A stretch of DNA of 64,000 nucleotides from Christensenellales bacterium (lineage in GTDB: Bacteria > Bacillota > Clostridia > Christensenellales > CAG-138), in the NCBI GenBank assembly GCA_045114775.1, contig JBGULC010000008.1:64022-128021 (forward strand). The letters are read 5' to 3'. This document shows positions 1-9,184 of the stretch, one piece after another; position 1 is the first letter of the stretch, and each line of letters begins with the position of its first letter. The position numbers and the translations under genes are program-made. The notes under the pieces are model-generated. The model searched no databases. It was not told where the DNA came from and worked only from the letters and a program-made list of their open reading frames with translations.

Positions 1-2
1 CA

Positions 3-1991
3 CAGAATCCATACCGTTATAATCCGCGGCTGAACCTATATTGGGAAAAATACGGCAGAAGCCCCGATGCATATGAAAAGTATACGGTCGCGCGTACAAA
101 TACCGTCCTCAGCCGTATGTATGAAAATGATAAAATCAATCGGGAACAGTATTTGTCTGCTTTGAACGAAGAGATCACGATCATCCCCGAATCTGCCAAT
201 ACAAAGATGTACGATTACGCATACTTTGTCGAATACTGTATGGACGACGTGATTTCACACTGGATGGAAAAGGATCATGTCGTGAACAATGCGCAGAATC
301 GACAGATCTACGAGAACAAACTCAGAACCGGAGGCTATCGTATCTACACGACGCTGGATCCATTTGTTCAGGAAACAGTCCAATCCACGCTGTCTGAATG
401 GGACGGATATCCGAAGCTTGCCGACGAAAGTCAGAACAAGATCACTGAAGTCATTTCAGACAGTATTACAATTGAAACAGTTGAACCTCAAGCCGCATCG
501 GTTGTAATTGACCAACACACCGGTGAGATTCGCGCGATTGTAGGCGGCCGGAATGAACCGCAGATCCGAAAAGGATTGAATCGAGCAACGCAAAGCTACG
601 TCGAAATCGGATCCTCCGTAAAGCCGCTTGCAATCTATGGTCCTGCACTTGATAACGGTGCTTCTCCTGCCACGATCGTTGCCAATGTGACCGGAGCTAT
701 CGAAGGATGGGGAGGAGAAAACGGATATCCCGAAGGCGGGTTGACCAAAAAACACTTTGGCCCTGTTACGCTGAGATACGGTCTGACGTATTCTCTCAAC
801 GTGGTTGCTGCGCGTCTGTTGTTTTCCAGATATGTAGGCGTTGATCGAGCTGTCGAATATCTGAAGCGTCTCGGAATTGATGAATCACAGCTCAATAAAG
901 ACGGTCCCGGTCTTGCCCTCGGAACAAGCGGTATCTCGCCGCTGCAGCTTTGTGCCGCTTACGCAGCCATTGCAAACAATGGTTACTATAATGAACCACT
1001 GTCCTTTACGAAAGTAACGGATAAAGACGGAAATGAGATTCTGAACGCCGATATACTTCGCGGGTCGCCTACAAAAGTCTATTCCGATACAGCGACCGCT
1101 TTTATGCTTGTTGATCTATTGAAAAACGCCGTCTCCTCTGGAACCGGTGCAAAAGCACAGATTCCCGGCTATGATGTGGCCGGCAAAACCGGAACAAACT
1201 CAGATTATGCAAGCGTTTGTTTTGCGGGCATGACCTGCAAATATACTGCTGTTGTATGGATTGGTCATGATCAACCCGTAAATAAGCTCGCTAAGGAATC
1301 GAGCGGCGGAGATTATGCGGCTGTCTTATGGAAACTGTTTATGTCAGAGCTTATGGATGGCGTAGAAAGCAAACCGATCATTCCGGAAAATGAATCGTCA
1401 TTGGGACTCATCCAGAGGACGGTCTGTCCGATTTCCGGAAAGCTTGCGACCGACGCTTGTATTCATTACAGAAACAGCAGGGATGAATTCAAAAAATACA
1501 ATACCGTCACCGACTGGTTTACGTATTCGAACGTGCCCACAGAACCTTGCGATATGCATGTAACGTTATCGATTTGCAAAGAATCCGGATTGGTTGCCGG
1601 ACAGTATTGCGATACGAACAATATTGAACAAAGGACATTCATACTGCTTCGCCCCGGCAGTCAATTCTACGGCCTCGATGACAGCGTTTTGAATCGTCTT
1701 TTCTCGGATTCGTGGGTTCGCACCGACAGAACCGTATCGCAGTTCATCTCAGAATATCCCGTATGTACGATTGATTCTTCCTTCGATTCCCTTAAGAAGA
1801 AAGGAGAGAGCTTGATCCGTTCTGTAGAAGAACTGATTGCGGAGAATACTTCTATCGGTGAAGAGGAAATCGCGAACATCAGAGCAATTATCGAAACGAT
1901 GCGAAAAGCGGACAACTCAGACGACTACCATAAAGCATACGATCTTCTGCTTTCGGAATACAATCGTCTGCTTCTTCTGCCGGGATCGTAA
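3..1991 (+). CDS. class A penicillin-binding protein (PBP1A family), 5' end cut by the window edge
   Basis: The frame is open from nt 3, with no stop before the first ATG at 117, so the glycosyltransferase half lies upstream. Transpeptidase motifs are present: SxxK (GSSVKP), SxN (YSLN) and KTG (GKTGTN). The C-terminal extension contains cysteines. Confidence 0.9.
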   Translation, partial: QNPYRYNPRLNLYWEKYGRSPDAYEKYTVARTNTVLSRMYENDKINREQYLSALNEEITIIPESANTKMYDYAYFVEYCMDDVISHWMEKDHVVNNAQNRQIYENKLRTGGYRIYTTLDPFVQETVQSTLSEWDGYPKLADESQNKITEVISDSITIETVEPQAASVVIDQHTGEIRAIVGGRNEPQIRKGLNRATQSYVEIGSSVKPLAIYGPALDNGASPATIVANVTGAIEGWGGENGYPEGGLTKKHFGPVTLRYGLTYSLNVVAARLLFSRYVGVDRAVEYLKRLGIDESQLNKDGPGLALGTSGISPLQLCAAYAAIANNGYYNEPLSFTKVTDKDGNEILNADILRGSPTKVYSDTATAFMLVDLLKNAVSSGTGAKAQIPGYDVAGKTGTNSDYASVCFAGMTCKYTAVVWIGHDQPVNKLAKESSGGDYAAVLWKLFMSELMDGVESKPIIPENESSLGLIQRTVCPISGKLATDACIHYRNSRDEFKKYNTVTDWFTYSNVPTEPCDMHVTLSICKESGLVAGQYCDTNNIEQRTFILLRPGSQFYGLDDSVLNRLFSDSWVRTDRTVSQFISEYPVCTIDSSFDSLKKKGESLIRSVEELIAENTSIGEEEIANIRAIIETMRKADNSDDYHKAYDLLLSEYNRLLLLPGS

Positions 1992-2029
1992 ACACAGTGT
2001 GAAATTCATGCGAACTTCTCACAAATCGC

Positions 2030-2057
2030 TTGCTTTGAAGCAGAGGATTGCTATAAT
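2030..2057 (+). promoter_or_regulatory. sigma-A-type promoter of the two-component operon
   Basis: TTGCTT (2030-2035), 16-nt spacer, TATAAT (2052-2057). Confidence 0.5.
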
Positions 2058-2087
2058 AATGTAAAATGAACAGGAGGATGAATCCTT

Positions 2088-2777
2088 ATGGCTACAAGAA
2101 TACTGATATGCGATGACGAACCTGTCGTTCATGAATCTCTGCGGATTTATTTTGAAGCGGAGGGGTATGAGGTCATAGACGCATACGATGGGGAAGAAGG
2201 ACTTCAGAAAGCGGACAGTTCCGTTTCTTTATTGATACTTGATATTATGATGCCGAAAAAGTCCGGGATCGAAGTATGCCGCGAGATCCGGAAAAGCTCG
2301 ACTGTTCCTATCGTTATGCTCACGGCGAAAGGGGAGGAGATCGATCGCATTCTCGGGCTTGAACTCGGCGCGGACGATTACATTGTCAAACCGTTCAGCC
2401 CTCGTGAGGTAGTTGCACGCGTAAAGGCGATCCTGCGTCGCGTAGAATCTAAGGCGGAATCCAAGGATCCGAATATTATTTCCTACAACGGCTTGACGAT
2501 CGATCTGAACAGTTATTCTGTTACGCTGCGCGGCGAACATATTATCTGCACACCCAAGGAAATCGAGATCCTATATATGCTTGCTTCCAATCCGGGCCAG
2601 GTTTTTACGCGAGATACGCTTCTGTCACGCGTTTGGGGATACGATTTTGCAGGTGAAACAAGAACAGTCGATACGCATATCAAACGTCTTCGTGCTAAGC
2701 TTAATTCCGATGGCCTCGGATGGAGCATCAAAACGATTTACGGCGTCGGATACAAATTTGAGTTGGAAAACGCATAA
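2088..2777 (+). CDS. OmpR-family response regulator (WalR/YycF-like)
   Basis: The receiver domain reads ILICDDEP...LLILDIMMP. The winged-helix output domain reads TVDTHIKRLRAKL...GVGYKF. An AGGAGG RBS lies upstream. Confidence 0.9.
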   Translation: MATRILICDDEPVVHESLRIYFEAEGYEVIDAYDGEEGLQKADSSVSLLILDIMMPKKSGIEVCREIRKSSTVPIVMLTAKGEEIDRILGLELGADDYIVKPFSPREVVARVKAILRRVESKAESKDPNIISYNGLTIDLNSYSVTLRGEHIICTPKEIEILYMLASNPGQVFTRDTLLSRVWGYDFAGETRTVDTHIKRLRAKLNSDGLGWSIKTIYGVGYKFELENA

Positions 2778-2783
2778 AGCGAT

Positions 2784-4604
2784 ATGAAACGAAGAGGCGA
2801 AGTATTTCGCAGAGCATTTTTAATTTGCATGGTGTTGCTGATCATCGGCAACCTTGCTTTGGTACTCGCGTATACCTACTTCGGAAAAAAAACATACGTC
2901 GAATTGGACCGCAAGTCGCTCAATCAGACAGCGGACAGCATTCAGGAACTTTTTACGTTTCCTATCGGTCAGGAAATGTCCGTAACTGCGCTGAACGATT
3001 ATTTCAACGCATTGTTACCGTCCAATGAGATCTCGTTTGTACTGACGATCTACAGCTCTCACGACCGCAAAAGTACGCTTTCAAACCGTCCCGATCTGAT
3101 CGAAAATACACACATACAAGAGCTTGAATACCGGATCACATCCGGAGAATCAATCCGATCCGACGACTTCAGATTTGCAGACAGATCCGGTGCGATATGC
3201 GTGGGACGGCCGATCATTATCAGCGGCGATCACATCGTCGGATGCTTTGTTCTTGTACGTGAGATCAGCCATATCAACAATGCATTTGCGCGTCTTTCCC
3301 GTTCTCTATGGTTTGTTTCGCTGCTTGTTTTACCGCTTCTGATCCTGACCTCATTCTTTGCCGTCAAGCAGATGCTGCATCCGATCACGGAAATGACCAA
3401 GGTTGCAAGACAGCTTTCCAAGGGGAATTACGACGTACGTGCAAACGATCGTTACCCAGGTGAACTCGGTCTGTTTGCAAGAACGCTGAATAATATGAGC
3501 AGTGCGCTTTCATCCACGATCCATCAGCTTGAGACCGAGAAGCGACAGCTTGGATATATCCTGTCCAGCTTCAGCGACGGCGTTGCCGCCATCAATAAGC
3601 AAGGAGAGCTTACGCATTACAATCCGGCATTGATGAAACTCTTCGGCGCCGTCGACGTACATTCGACCATGGATCTTGTTCCAGATAAATCGATTTGGGA
3701 AGCATTTGAAGGCGTTGTGGACTCCGAGGAGCCGCGCATGTTTCATTACAATCTTCCCGGCGAGCGGATTCTTTGGATTTCTATCGTTCCCGTTATTTCA
3801 GATACGGAGGGATGCGTCGGCGCCGTCGGTGTTTTTAAGGACGCAACGGATATCGAAAAACTGGAACGGATGCGCAACGAATATGTTGCAAATATCAGTC
3901 ATGAGCTGCGTACGCCGCTGACGTCGCTGCGCGGTCTTTTGGAACCGTTGTCCGACGGTATGGTTAAGGATCCGGAAGCACAGAAAAGATATTACAGTAT
4001 CATGCTGAAGGAAGTCGAGCGACTTTCCCGTCTGATCACCGATATGCTGCAGCTGTCGCGTCTGCAGGCAGGCACCGAAGCTATGGAAATGACGATGTTC
4101 GACGTGAACGAGCTCTTGGAAGAAGTTTCGCAAAGCTTCCAGACGGAAGCAAAAAAGCGCAATATCCGGATAGAACTTGAAACAGAGGAATCCTTGTCTC
4201 CGGTTCTCAGCGACCGCGACCGTGTCGAACAGGTGCTTGTGATCCTGATCGATAATGCGCTCCGTTATGCAAAAACGACGATACGGCTTCGCGCAGTCGA
4301 TACATCCGCCGAGGTCCTGATTGCCGTTTGGGATGATGGAATAGGGATCTCTAAGGAAAATCTCAGCCGTGTATTCGAACGCTTTTTTAAGGTCGATTCC
4401 TCACGCAAGGACGGGGGGACCGGTCTAGGCCTTTCGATTGCCAAAAAGATCATGGATCAGCTTGAGGAACAAATTGACGTTGACAGCGAGGAAGGGAAGT
4501 GGACGTGTTTCCGATTCACTCTGAAAAAATATGTCAGCAACGCGATCCCTCTTTCATCTGTGCCGGATATCGTTATTTCTCCTGGTAATCACACAATCTC
4601 ATAA
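2784..4604 (+). CDS. sensor histidine kinase (TM-HAMP-PAS-HisKA-HATPase, WalK-like)
   Basis: H-box SHELRTPL, N-box DNALRYA, G1 WDDGIGI and G2 GGTGLGLSI are present. There are two hydrophobic segments. The gene starts 7 nt after the regulator gene. Confidence 0.9.
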   Translation: MKRRGEVFRRAFLICMVLLIIGNLALVLAYTYFGKKTYVELDRKSLNQTADSIQELFTFPIGQEMSVTALNDYFNALLPSNEISFVLTIYSSHDRKSTLSNRPDLIENTHIQELEYRITSGESIRSDDFRFADRSGAICVGRPIIISGDHIVGCFVLVREISHINNAFARLSRSLWFVSLLVLPLLILTSFFAVKQMLHPITEMTKVARQLSKGNYDVRANDRYPGELGLFARTLNNMSSALSSTIHQLETEKRQLGYILSSFSDGVAAINKQGELTHYNPALMKLFGAVDVHSTMDLVPDKSIWEAFEGVVDSEEPRMFHYNLPGERILWISIVPVISDTEGCVGAVGVFKDATDIEKLERMRNEYVANISHELRTPLTSLRGLLEPLSDGMVKDPEAQKRYYSIMLKEVERLSRLITDMLQLSRLQAGTEAMEMTMFDVNELLEEVSQSFQTEAKKRNIRIELETEESLSPVLSDRDRVEQVLVILIDNALRYAKTTIRLRAVDTSAEVLIAVWDDGIGISKENLSRVFERFFKVDSSRKDGGTGLGLSIAKKIMDQLEEQIDVDSEEGKWTCFRFTLKKYVSNAIPLSSVPDIVISPGNHTIS

Positions 4605-4672
4605 TCAATATCCAATCATATATAGCAGCCTCCCTGCGTATGCTTAAACCAGCAAAGCAAGGAGGTTTTTAT

Positions 4673-5569
4673 ATGGAACACAAGCATAAAATCGTAAGAA
4701 AAAGCAATGGAACGCAGGGATCTGGCGGTTTGTTTACTGCTTTTGTTATCATTTTGGTCCTTGCCGCAATTGCCGGCGTGATAGTGCTTTCTCCGATCGG
4801 AAAGTATCTCAACGATACGCTGATCGGTCCGTTGTTTTCTTGTTCCGAAGAGAAAAAAGAGGACCAAAAGATCGTTTCGACGCTTTCCGCGCAGGATAAA
4901 CAAGCGGCAGAAGTCACGCCTTCTCCTAAACCGGAAGAACCTGTTTACAGCGCTGTCACGGTTGAAGAAACGCCTTTTTATATTCTGCAGATGGGGGCCT
5001 TTACAACACGTGATGATGCGGAAAAGCATGCTGCCGAGATTCGAAGAATGGGAGCCGGAGGCTTTGTCTATGCGGAAGGTTCGATATTTCGTGTGTTTGC
5101 CGCTGCATATACGGATGAAAGCAGTCTCATTAAGGTACAATCGCAGGTGCGTTCTGACGGATTCGAAGCAACGCCTTATATCACGAACAAAAAAGCTGTC
5201 AAGCTCACGCTTGAAGGGGATCCTAAAACTGTTTCCGCGCTGAAAGAATTGATCGAACTGATCAACTCAATTCCAAATCGTCTGTGTGAGCTGTGCCTAT
5301 TGTACGATAAAGGTGAGATCACCGGACAGGAAGCAACGGATGTTCTGCAGAAAATGCTTGAATCATGCAAATCAAGCCGTTCTGTACTTGCAGATACGGC
5401 AAATGACTCCATTGAGCCGATCCGCAATCTTTTATCGGGATATCAGGAAAAAATCTCGACATTCCTTCAGGAAAATGATATGATAGAAAAAAAGACGGCG
5501 TCAGGCGAACTGAAACGTCTTCAGTTAGCGGTCATTATAGATTATATATTATTTTTTGATCGGAAATGA
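4673..5569 (+). CDS. SPOR-domain membrane protein
   Basis: An N-terminal TM segment (LFTAFVIILVLAAIAGVIVL) is followed by a SPOR-like segment (FYILQMGAFTTRDDAEKHAAEIRRMGAGGFVY...FRVFAAAYTDE). I moved the start to the ATG at 4673, which follows a GGAGG RBS. Confidence 0.7.
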   Translation: MEHKHKIVRKSNGTQGSGGLFTAFVIILVLAAIAGVIVLSPIGKYLNDTLIGPLFSCSEEKKEDQKIVSTLSAQDKQAAEVTPSPKPEEPVYSAVTVEETPFYILQMGAFTTRDDAEKHAAEIRRMGAGGFVYAEGSIFRVFAAAYTDESSLIKVQSQVRSDGFEATPYITNKKAVKLTLEGDPKTVSALKELIELINSIPNRLCELCLLYDKGEITGQEATDVLQKMLESCKSSRSVLADTANDSIEPIRNLLSGYQEKISTFLQENDMIEKKTASGELKRLQLAVIIDYILFFDRK

Positions 5570-5575
5570 GGAGAC

Positions 5576-6028
5576 ATGGATCACGTAACGATTTATACGG
5601 ACGGCGCTTGTTCATGCAATCCCGGACCCGGCGGCTGGGGCTGTGTATTGATTTACGGCGAGCATCGAAAAGAAGCCAGCGGCAACGCCGAATCCACGAC
5701 AAATAACCGTATGGAACTTACGGCGGCGATCGAAGCGCTGCGGCAGTTGAAACGAAGCTGTTCTGTAGATCTTTATACGGACAGCGCATATCTGTGCAAT
5801 GCGTTTGAGAAAGGCTGGCTGAAAAACTGGCGTGTGAACGGATGGAAAACCTCAAATCGCCACGAAGTCGAAAACCGCGATTTATGGGAACAGATCGATG
5901 CATTGTGCGTTACGCATTCAGTCGTGTTTCATAAAGTCAAAGGCCATTCGGATAATGTCGAAAACAATCGCTGCGATAAACTTGCTCGAGACGCGATCAA
6001 AAATTTGACTGAAAACAATAAAGAATGA
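5576..6028 (+). CDS. rnhA: ribonuclease HI
   Basis: Motifs seen: IYTDGAC..NPGPGGWG, TNNRMEL and YTDSAY, plus WKT/N-type C-terminal motifs. Length is 150 aa. Confidence 0.9.
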   Translation: MDHVTIYTDGACSCNPGPGGWGCVLIYGEHRKEASGNAESTTNNRMELTAAIEALRQLKRSCSVDLYTDSAYLCNAFEKGWLKNWRVNGWKTSNRHEVENRDLWEQIDALCVTHSVVFHKVKGHSDNVENNRCDKLARDAIKNLTENNKE

Positions 6029-6032
6029 TCCA

Positions 6033-6063
6033 AAGCTCCGGTCCGATATGCGGATCGGAGCTT
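6033..6063 (+). terminator. hairpin after rnhA
   Basis: AAGCTCCGGTCCG-atatg-CGGATCGGAGCTT forms a 13-bp stem with one G-U pair. The following T-tract (CTTCTTG) is weak. Confidence 0.55.
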
Positions 6064-6113
6064 CTTGATAAAATTGCCGAAATTCACATAAAATATGTCA
6101 ATTATGTAAACAT

Positions 6114-6143
6114 CTATTCGTTAAACTTGTCTTTAACGAATAG
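6114..6143. repeat. perfect 12-6-12 inverted repeat (recombinase core-site-like or operator)
   Basis: CTATTCGTTAAA cttgtc TTTAACGAATAG, 58 bp upstream of the recombinase ATG. It is flanked by ATTATGTAAAC (6101-6111) and TTATGTTAAAA (6144-6154). Confidence 0.8.
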
Positions 6144-6155
6144 TTATGTTAAAAT
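6127..6155 (+). promoter_or_regulatory. putative promoter of the recombinase gene, embedded in the palindrome
   Basis: TTGTCT (6127-6132), 17-nt spacer, extended -10 TGtTAAAAT (6147-6155). Confidence 0.45.
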
Positions 6156-6200
6156 ACAATTACTCGAATCCCTATCCCTATTGCATACTTCGAGGTTATC

Positions 6201-7289
6201 ATGAACGAATATCAGATTCAGAAAAAGCTTGATTACACCGAACGGTTCCGCAAGATTCTGTCCGAGCTTCCGACCTTTTGCGCAGTATATTTCCGCGCGG
6301 TCGAACCGACGACGTCAATACTGACGCGATACGGATATGCGGTTGATCTTCGTACCTTCTTTACATTCCTGACATCCGGACAAATCGACCGGTTCGCCGG
6401 AAAAGCCATTCATGATTTGAAGCTGTCCGATATGGAGCTCCTCTCTTCTCTCGACATTGAATTATATATGGAATACATTTCTCTTTATAAACAGCAGACC
6501 GCAGAAGGTGAAAAGATCGTAGAGAACAACGAGCGCGCGAAATCCCGTAAACTTTCTGCTATACGTGCAATATTTAAGTTTTTATATAAAAAATCAATGA
6601 TCAATACAAACTGCGCATCCCTTGTCGATACGCCGAAGCTGCATGAAAAGGCGATCATTCGTCTGGATGCCAACGAGGTTGCGGATCTTCTTGATACCGC
6701 CGAACAAGGCAGCGGCATGTCAGCTGCACAGCGGCGATTTCATGACAATACGAAGCTCAGGGACGTTGCGATCCTCTCTCTGTTTCTCGGCACAGGCATT
6801 CGTATTTCGGAGCTTGTCGGGATCGACATCAACGACGTCGATTTCTCGAAGAACGAATTTGTCATCACGCGAAAAGGCGGCAACCAGGAAACGTTGGCAT
6901 TCGGTCCCGAAGTCGCCTCCGCGCTGTTTGAATACCTGACCGTCCGCAAGGAGATCATTCCTGTTTCCGGACATGAGAATGCATTCTTCCTTTCTCTGCA
7001 GCGGAAGCGCATCACACCGAGAGCCGTTGAGAATCTTGTCAAAAAATATGCGCAGATCGCAACGCCGCTCAAGAAAATCACGCCGCACAAGCTGCGCAGT
7101 ACCTACGGCACGATGCTGTATCAGGAAAGCGGAGACATTTATCTGGTTGCCGACGTACTCGGACATAAGGACGTCAATACGACGCGAAAGCACTATGCCG
7201 CTATGACCGAAGAGAAAAGCAGACTTGCAGCGAAATATATCAAGCTTCGGGAAGAACAGCCGGATCCTCCTCTCCCGCCTTCCGTATAA
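6201..7289 (+). CDS. site-specific tyrosine recombinase, Xer family (long XerS-like architecture)
   Basis: Catalytic signature: GTGIRISEL (Arg), HKLRSTYGT (His-x-x-Arg) and LGHKDVNTTRKHY (His, Tyr). At 362 aa, with a TRKGGNQE segment and a long N-terminal core-binding domain, it resembles single-recombinase XerS/XerH types more than the roughly 300-aa XerC/XerD. Confidence 0.8.
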   Translation: MNEYQIQKKLDYTERFRKILSELPTFCAVYFRAVEPTTSILTRYGYAVDLRTFFTFLTSGQIDRFAGKAIHDLKLSDMELLSSLDIELYMEYISLYKQQTAEGEKIVENNERAKSRKLSAIRAIFKFLYKKSMINTNCASLVDTPKLHEKAIIRLDANEVADLLDTAEQGSGMSAAQRRFHDNTKLRDVAILSLFLGTGIRISELVGIDINDVDFSKNEFVITRKGGNQETLAFGPEVASALFEYLTVRKEIIPVSGHENAFFLSLQRKRITPRAVENLVKKYAQIATPLKKITPHKLRSTYGTMLYQESGDIYLVADVLGHKDVNTTRKHYAAMTEEKSRLAAKYIKLREEQPDPPLPPSV

Positions 7290-7297
7290 TTCTTTTG

Positions 7298-7311
7298 CGA
7301 ACATTTGTTTG
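7298..7311 (+). promoter_or_regulatory. LexA (SOS / Cheo-type) box
   Basis: CGAACATTTGTTTG compared with the Gram-positive consensus CGAAC-N4-GTTCG. It overlaps the -35 of the lexA promoter. Confidence 0.7.
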
Positions 7312-7337
7312 CATTTTGGATTCATCTGTGTTATGAT
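7309..7337 (+). promoter_or_regulatory. lexA promoter
   Basis: TTGCAT (7309-7314), 17-nt spacer, TATGAT (7332-7337). Confidence 0.55.
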
Positions 7338-7357
7338 ATGAATCGAGGTGAACTGTG

Positions 7358-7966
7358 ATGAAAAAAGTAAACGACGCAAAAGAAAAGATCTATCACTGCA
7401 TCATGTCCGAACAGGAGAAAAACGGTTACCCTCCGACGGTACGGGAAATCTGCACCGCAGTCGGTCTGACCTCCCCTGCCTCCGTTCACAGATATCTCAG
7501 GCAATTGGAGGAAGAAGGTCTTCTGATCGTAGATGCAAACAAAAAGCGTGCATATTCGACGCCGCGCGGAAGTCAGCGCACGCAGGACGTGCCTTTGCTC
7601 GGCAAAGTTGCTGCAGGCGTTCCGATCCTGGCGCATGAAAACCGCGAGGACTCTTTCCCTATTCCTTCCATGCTGCTGCACGGGATCCGAAACGACGCCT
7701 TTATGCTTCGGATAGACGGTGAAAGCATGAAGAACGCAGGTATCTGCGATCGTGATATCATCGTCGTCGAACAGGATGTTTCCCCGCGTGACGGCGATAT
7801 CGTCGTGGCGCGCGTGGACGGCGAAGAAGTCACAGTCAAGCGATATTTTCAAAAAAATAAGGAGATCGAGCTTCGTCCCGAAAACGAAGCCTTCACTCCG
7901 ATGTTCTATCCGTCCGACCGTGTCGAGATACTCGGCTGCGTGACAGGATTAATGCGCAGTTATTAA
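7358..7966 (+). CDS. lexA: LexA repressor
   Basis: N-terminal winged HTH (PPTVREICTAVGLTSPASVHRYLRQLEEEGLL), cleavage site VAAG/VP, Ser in GESM and Lys in VTVKR. An AGGTG RBS lies 8 nt before the ATG at 7358; a GTG at 7355 is in frame. The 3' end overlaps the convergent gene by 18 nt. Confidence 0.95.
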   Translation: MKKVNDAKEKIYHCIMSEQEKNGYPPTVREICTAVGLTSPASVHRYLRQLEEEGLLIVDANKKRAYSTPRGSQRTQDVPLLGKVAAGVPILAHENREDSFPIPSMLLHGIRNDAFMLRIDGESMKNAGICDRDIIVVEQDVSPRDGDIVVARVDGEEVTVKRYFQKNKEIELRPENEAFTPMFYPSDRVEILGCVTGLMRSY

Positions 7967-9184
7967 AGCTCTTACGACGCTTCTTGCCGCCAGAACCGCG
8001 TGCTCATAGGACAACGCGCCCTGCATATACGCGATATAAGGCTCACGAATCGGTCCGTCGGCGCTTAATTCCGTGGTTGCACCCTGGACAAAAGCTCCTG
8101 CCGCCATGATTACGGGATCCGCATAGCCGGGCATTGCCCAAGGTTCCGGAACCACAAAGCTGTCGATCGGTGCCGCTGCCTGAATCGCCTGCATGAATGC
8201 GATCATCTCTTCTTTCGTATCGAACATCACGGATTGAATGATGTCGCTGCGCAGATCGTTCACCTTCGGCAGCGTCCGATATCCCATCTGTTCAAACAAT
8301 GCGGAAAACAGCACAGCGCTTTTCATACACTGCGCAACGGTATGCGGCGCCATAAACAGCCCCTGATAAAACGGACGATACGACGCAGCGTACGACCCGA
8401 TTTCCCTGCCGCAGCCCGGCACGGTCTGCCGATATGAAACGGCTTCGATCAGGTCCTTTCTTCCCGCAAGATAACCGCCTGTCGGAGCGATCCCTCCGCC
8501 GCAATTCTTGATAAGACTCCCGGCGATCAGATCAGCGCCGACCGTCGTCGGTTCTTTCTCTTCCGTAAATTCACCGTAGCAATTATCGACAAATACGATC
8601 ACATCGGGACGAATTGAACGCACATACGAGATCGCTTCCCCAATCTTTTCAACGGTCAAAGCGGGCCGCCAGGAATACCCTCTGGACCGCTGCAGATAGA
8701 CCATGCGGATCGAACGATCGGAATGCAGCGCCTCCCCTGCCTTCTCAAGGTCGATCCGATCGTTCAGCAGCGGAATCGATTCGAATCGAATCTGAAAACG
8801 TGACAATGCGTTCGGCAGGTCGCCGTTCAGCCCGATCGCGCTCTCCAGCGTATCGTAAGGCGAGCCCGTCAGCGAAAGGATCGTTTCATTCGGTTCAAGC
8901 ACGCCCGACAATCCCAGAAAAATGGCATGTGTTCCGTTTGCGATCTGCGGACGGACGAGCGCTGCTTCCGCTTCCAGCGATTCCGCGAATACTTCGTCCA
9001 ACGCGTCGCGTCCGATGTCGTCATATCCGTACCCCTCCGTAGGTGCAAAATGCCTTGCCGAGATGCGATTATTCTGAAACGCACGAAGCACGCGATCCTG
9101 ACAGGTCAGCGCAATCGCGTCGATCCTTGAAAACGTTTCCGAAGCGAGCGCTTCGGCGCTTTTGATCATTTCATTGATTTCCAT
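7949..9184 (-). CDS. PLP-dependent C-S lyase-like protein (YnbB / aluminium-resistance family)
   Basis: N-terminal region ...RVLRAFQNNRISARHFAPTEGYGYDDIGRDALDEVFA... matches my memory of the Met_gamma_lyase (YnbB) family. It overlaps the miaA stop by 14 nt. Confidence 0.7.
   Translation of the reverse strand: MEINEMIKSAEALASETFSRIDAIALTCQDRVLRAFQNNRISARHFAPTEGYGYDDIGRDALDEVFAESLEAEAALVRPQIANGTHAIFLGLSGVLEPNETILSLTGSPYDTLESAIGLNGDLPNALSRFQIRFESIPLLNDRIDLEKAGEALHSDRSIRMVYLQRSRGYSWRPALTVEKIGEAISYVRSIRPDVIVFVDNCYGEFTEEKEPTTVGADLIAGSLIKNCGGGIAPTGGYLAGRKDLIEAVSYRQTVPGCGREIGSYAASYRPFYQGLFMAPHTVAQCMKSAVLFSALFEQMGYRTLPKVNDLRSDIIQSVMFDTKEEMIAFMQAIQAAAPIDSFVVPEPWAMPGYADPVIMAAGAFVQGATTELSADGPIREPYIAYMQGALSYEHAVLAARSVVRALITAH

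Noticed and set aside
6085-6112. Possible canonical 28-bp XerCD dif site (CACATAAAATA-TGTCAA-TTATGTAAACA).
   Set aside because: The right arm matches B. subtilis dif at 10 of 11 positions, but the left arm does not match any XerC arm. A better left arm, AATTCACATAA at 6081-6091, would leave a 10-bp rather than a 6-bp spacer. I kept only the arm-like motif as context for the palindrome finding.
6201-7289. The tyrosine recombinase as the integrase of an integrated mobile element or prophage.
   Set aside because: There are no phage, IS, excisionase or conjugation genes next to it, no tRNA target and no flanking direct repeats in the window. The neighbours (rnhA, lexA) are core genes.
7900-8000. 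The convergent +/- gene-orientation switch, with an 18-nt lexA/ynbB overlap, as evidence for the replication terminus.
   Set aside because: Orientation flips several more times later in the window (around 26.45 kb, 29.65 kb, 39.6 kb, 53.45 kb and 54.7 kb). One switch is therefore not diagnostic, and whole-genome GC skew is needed.
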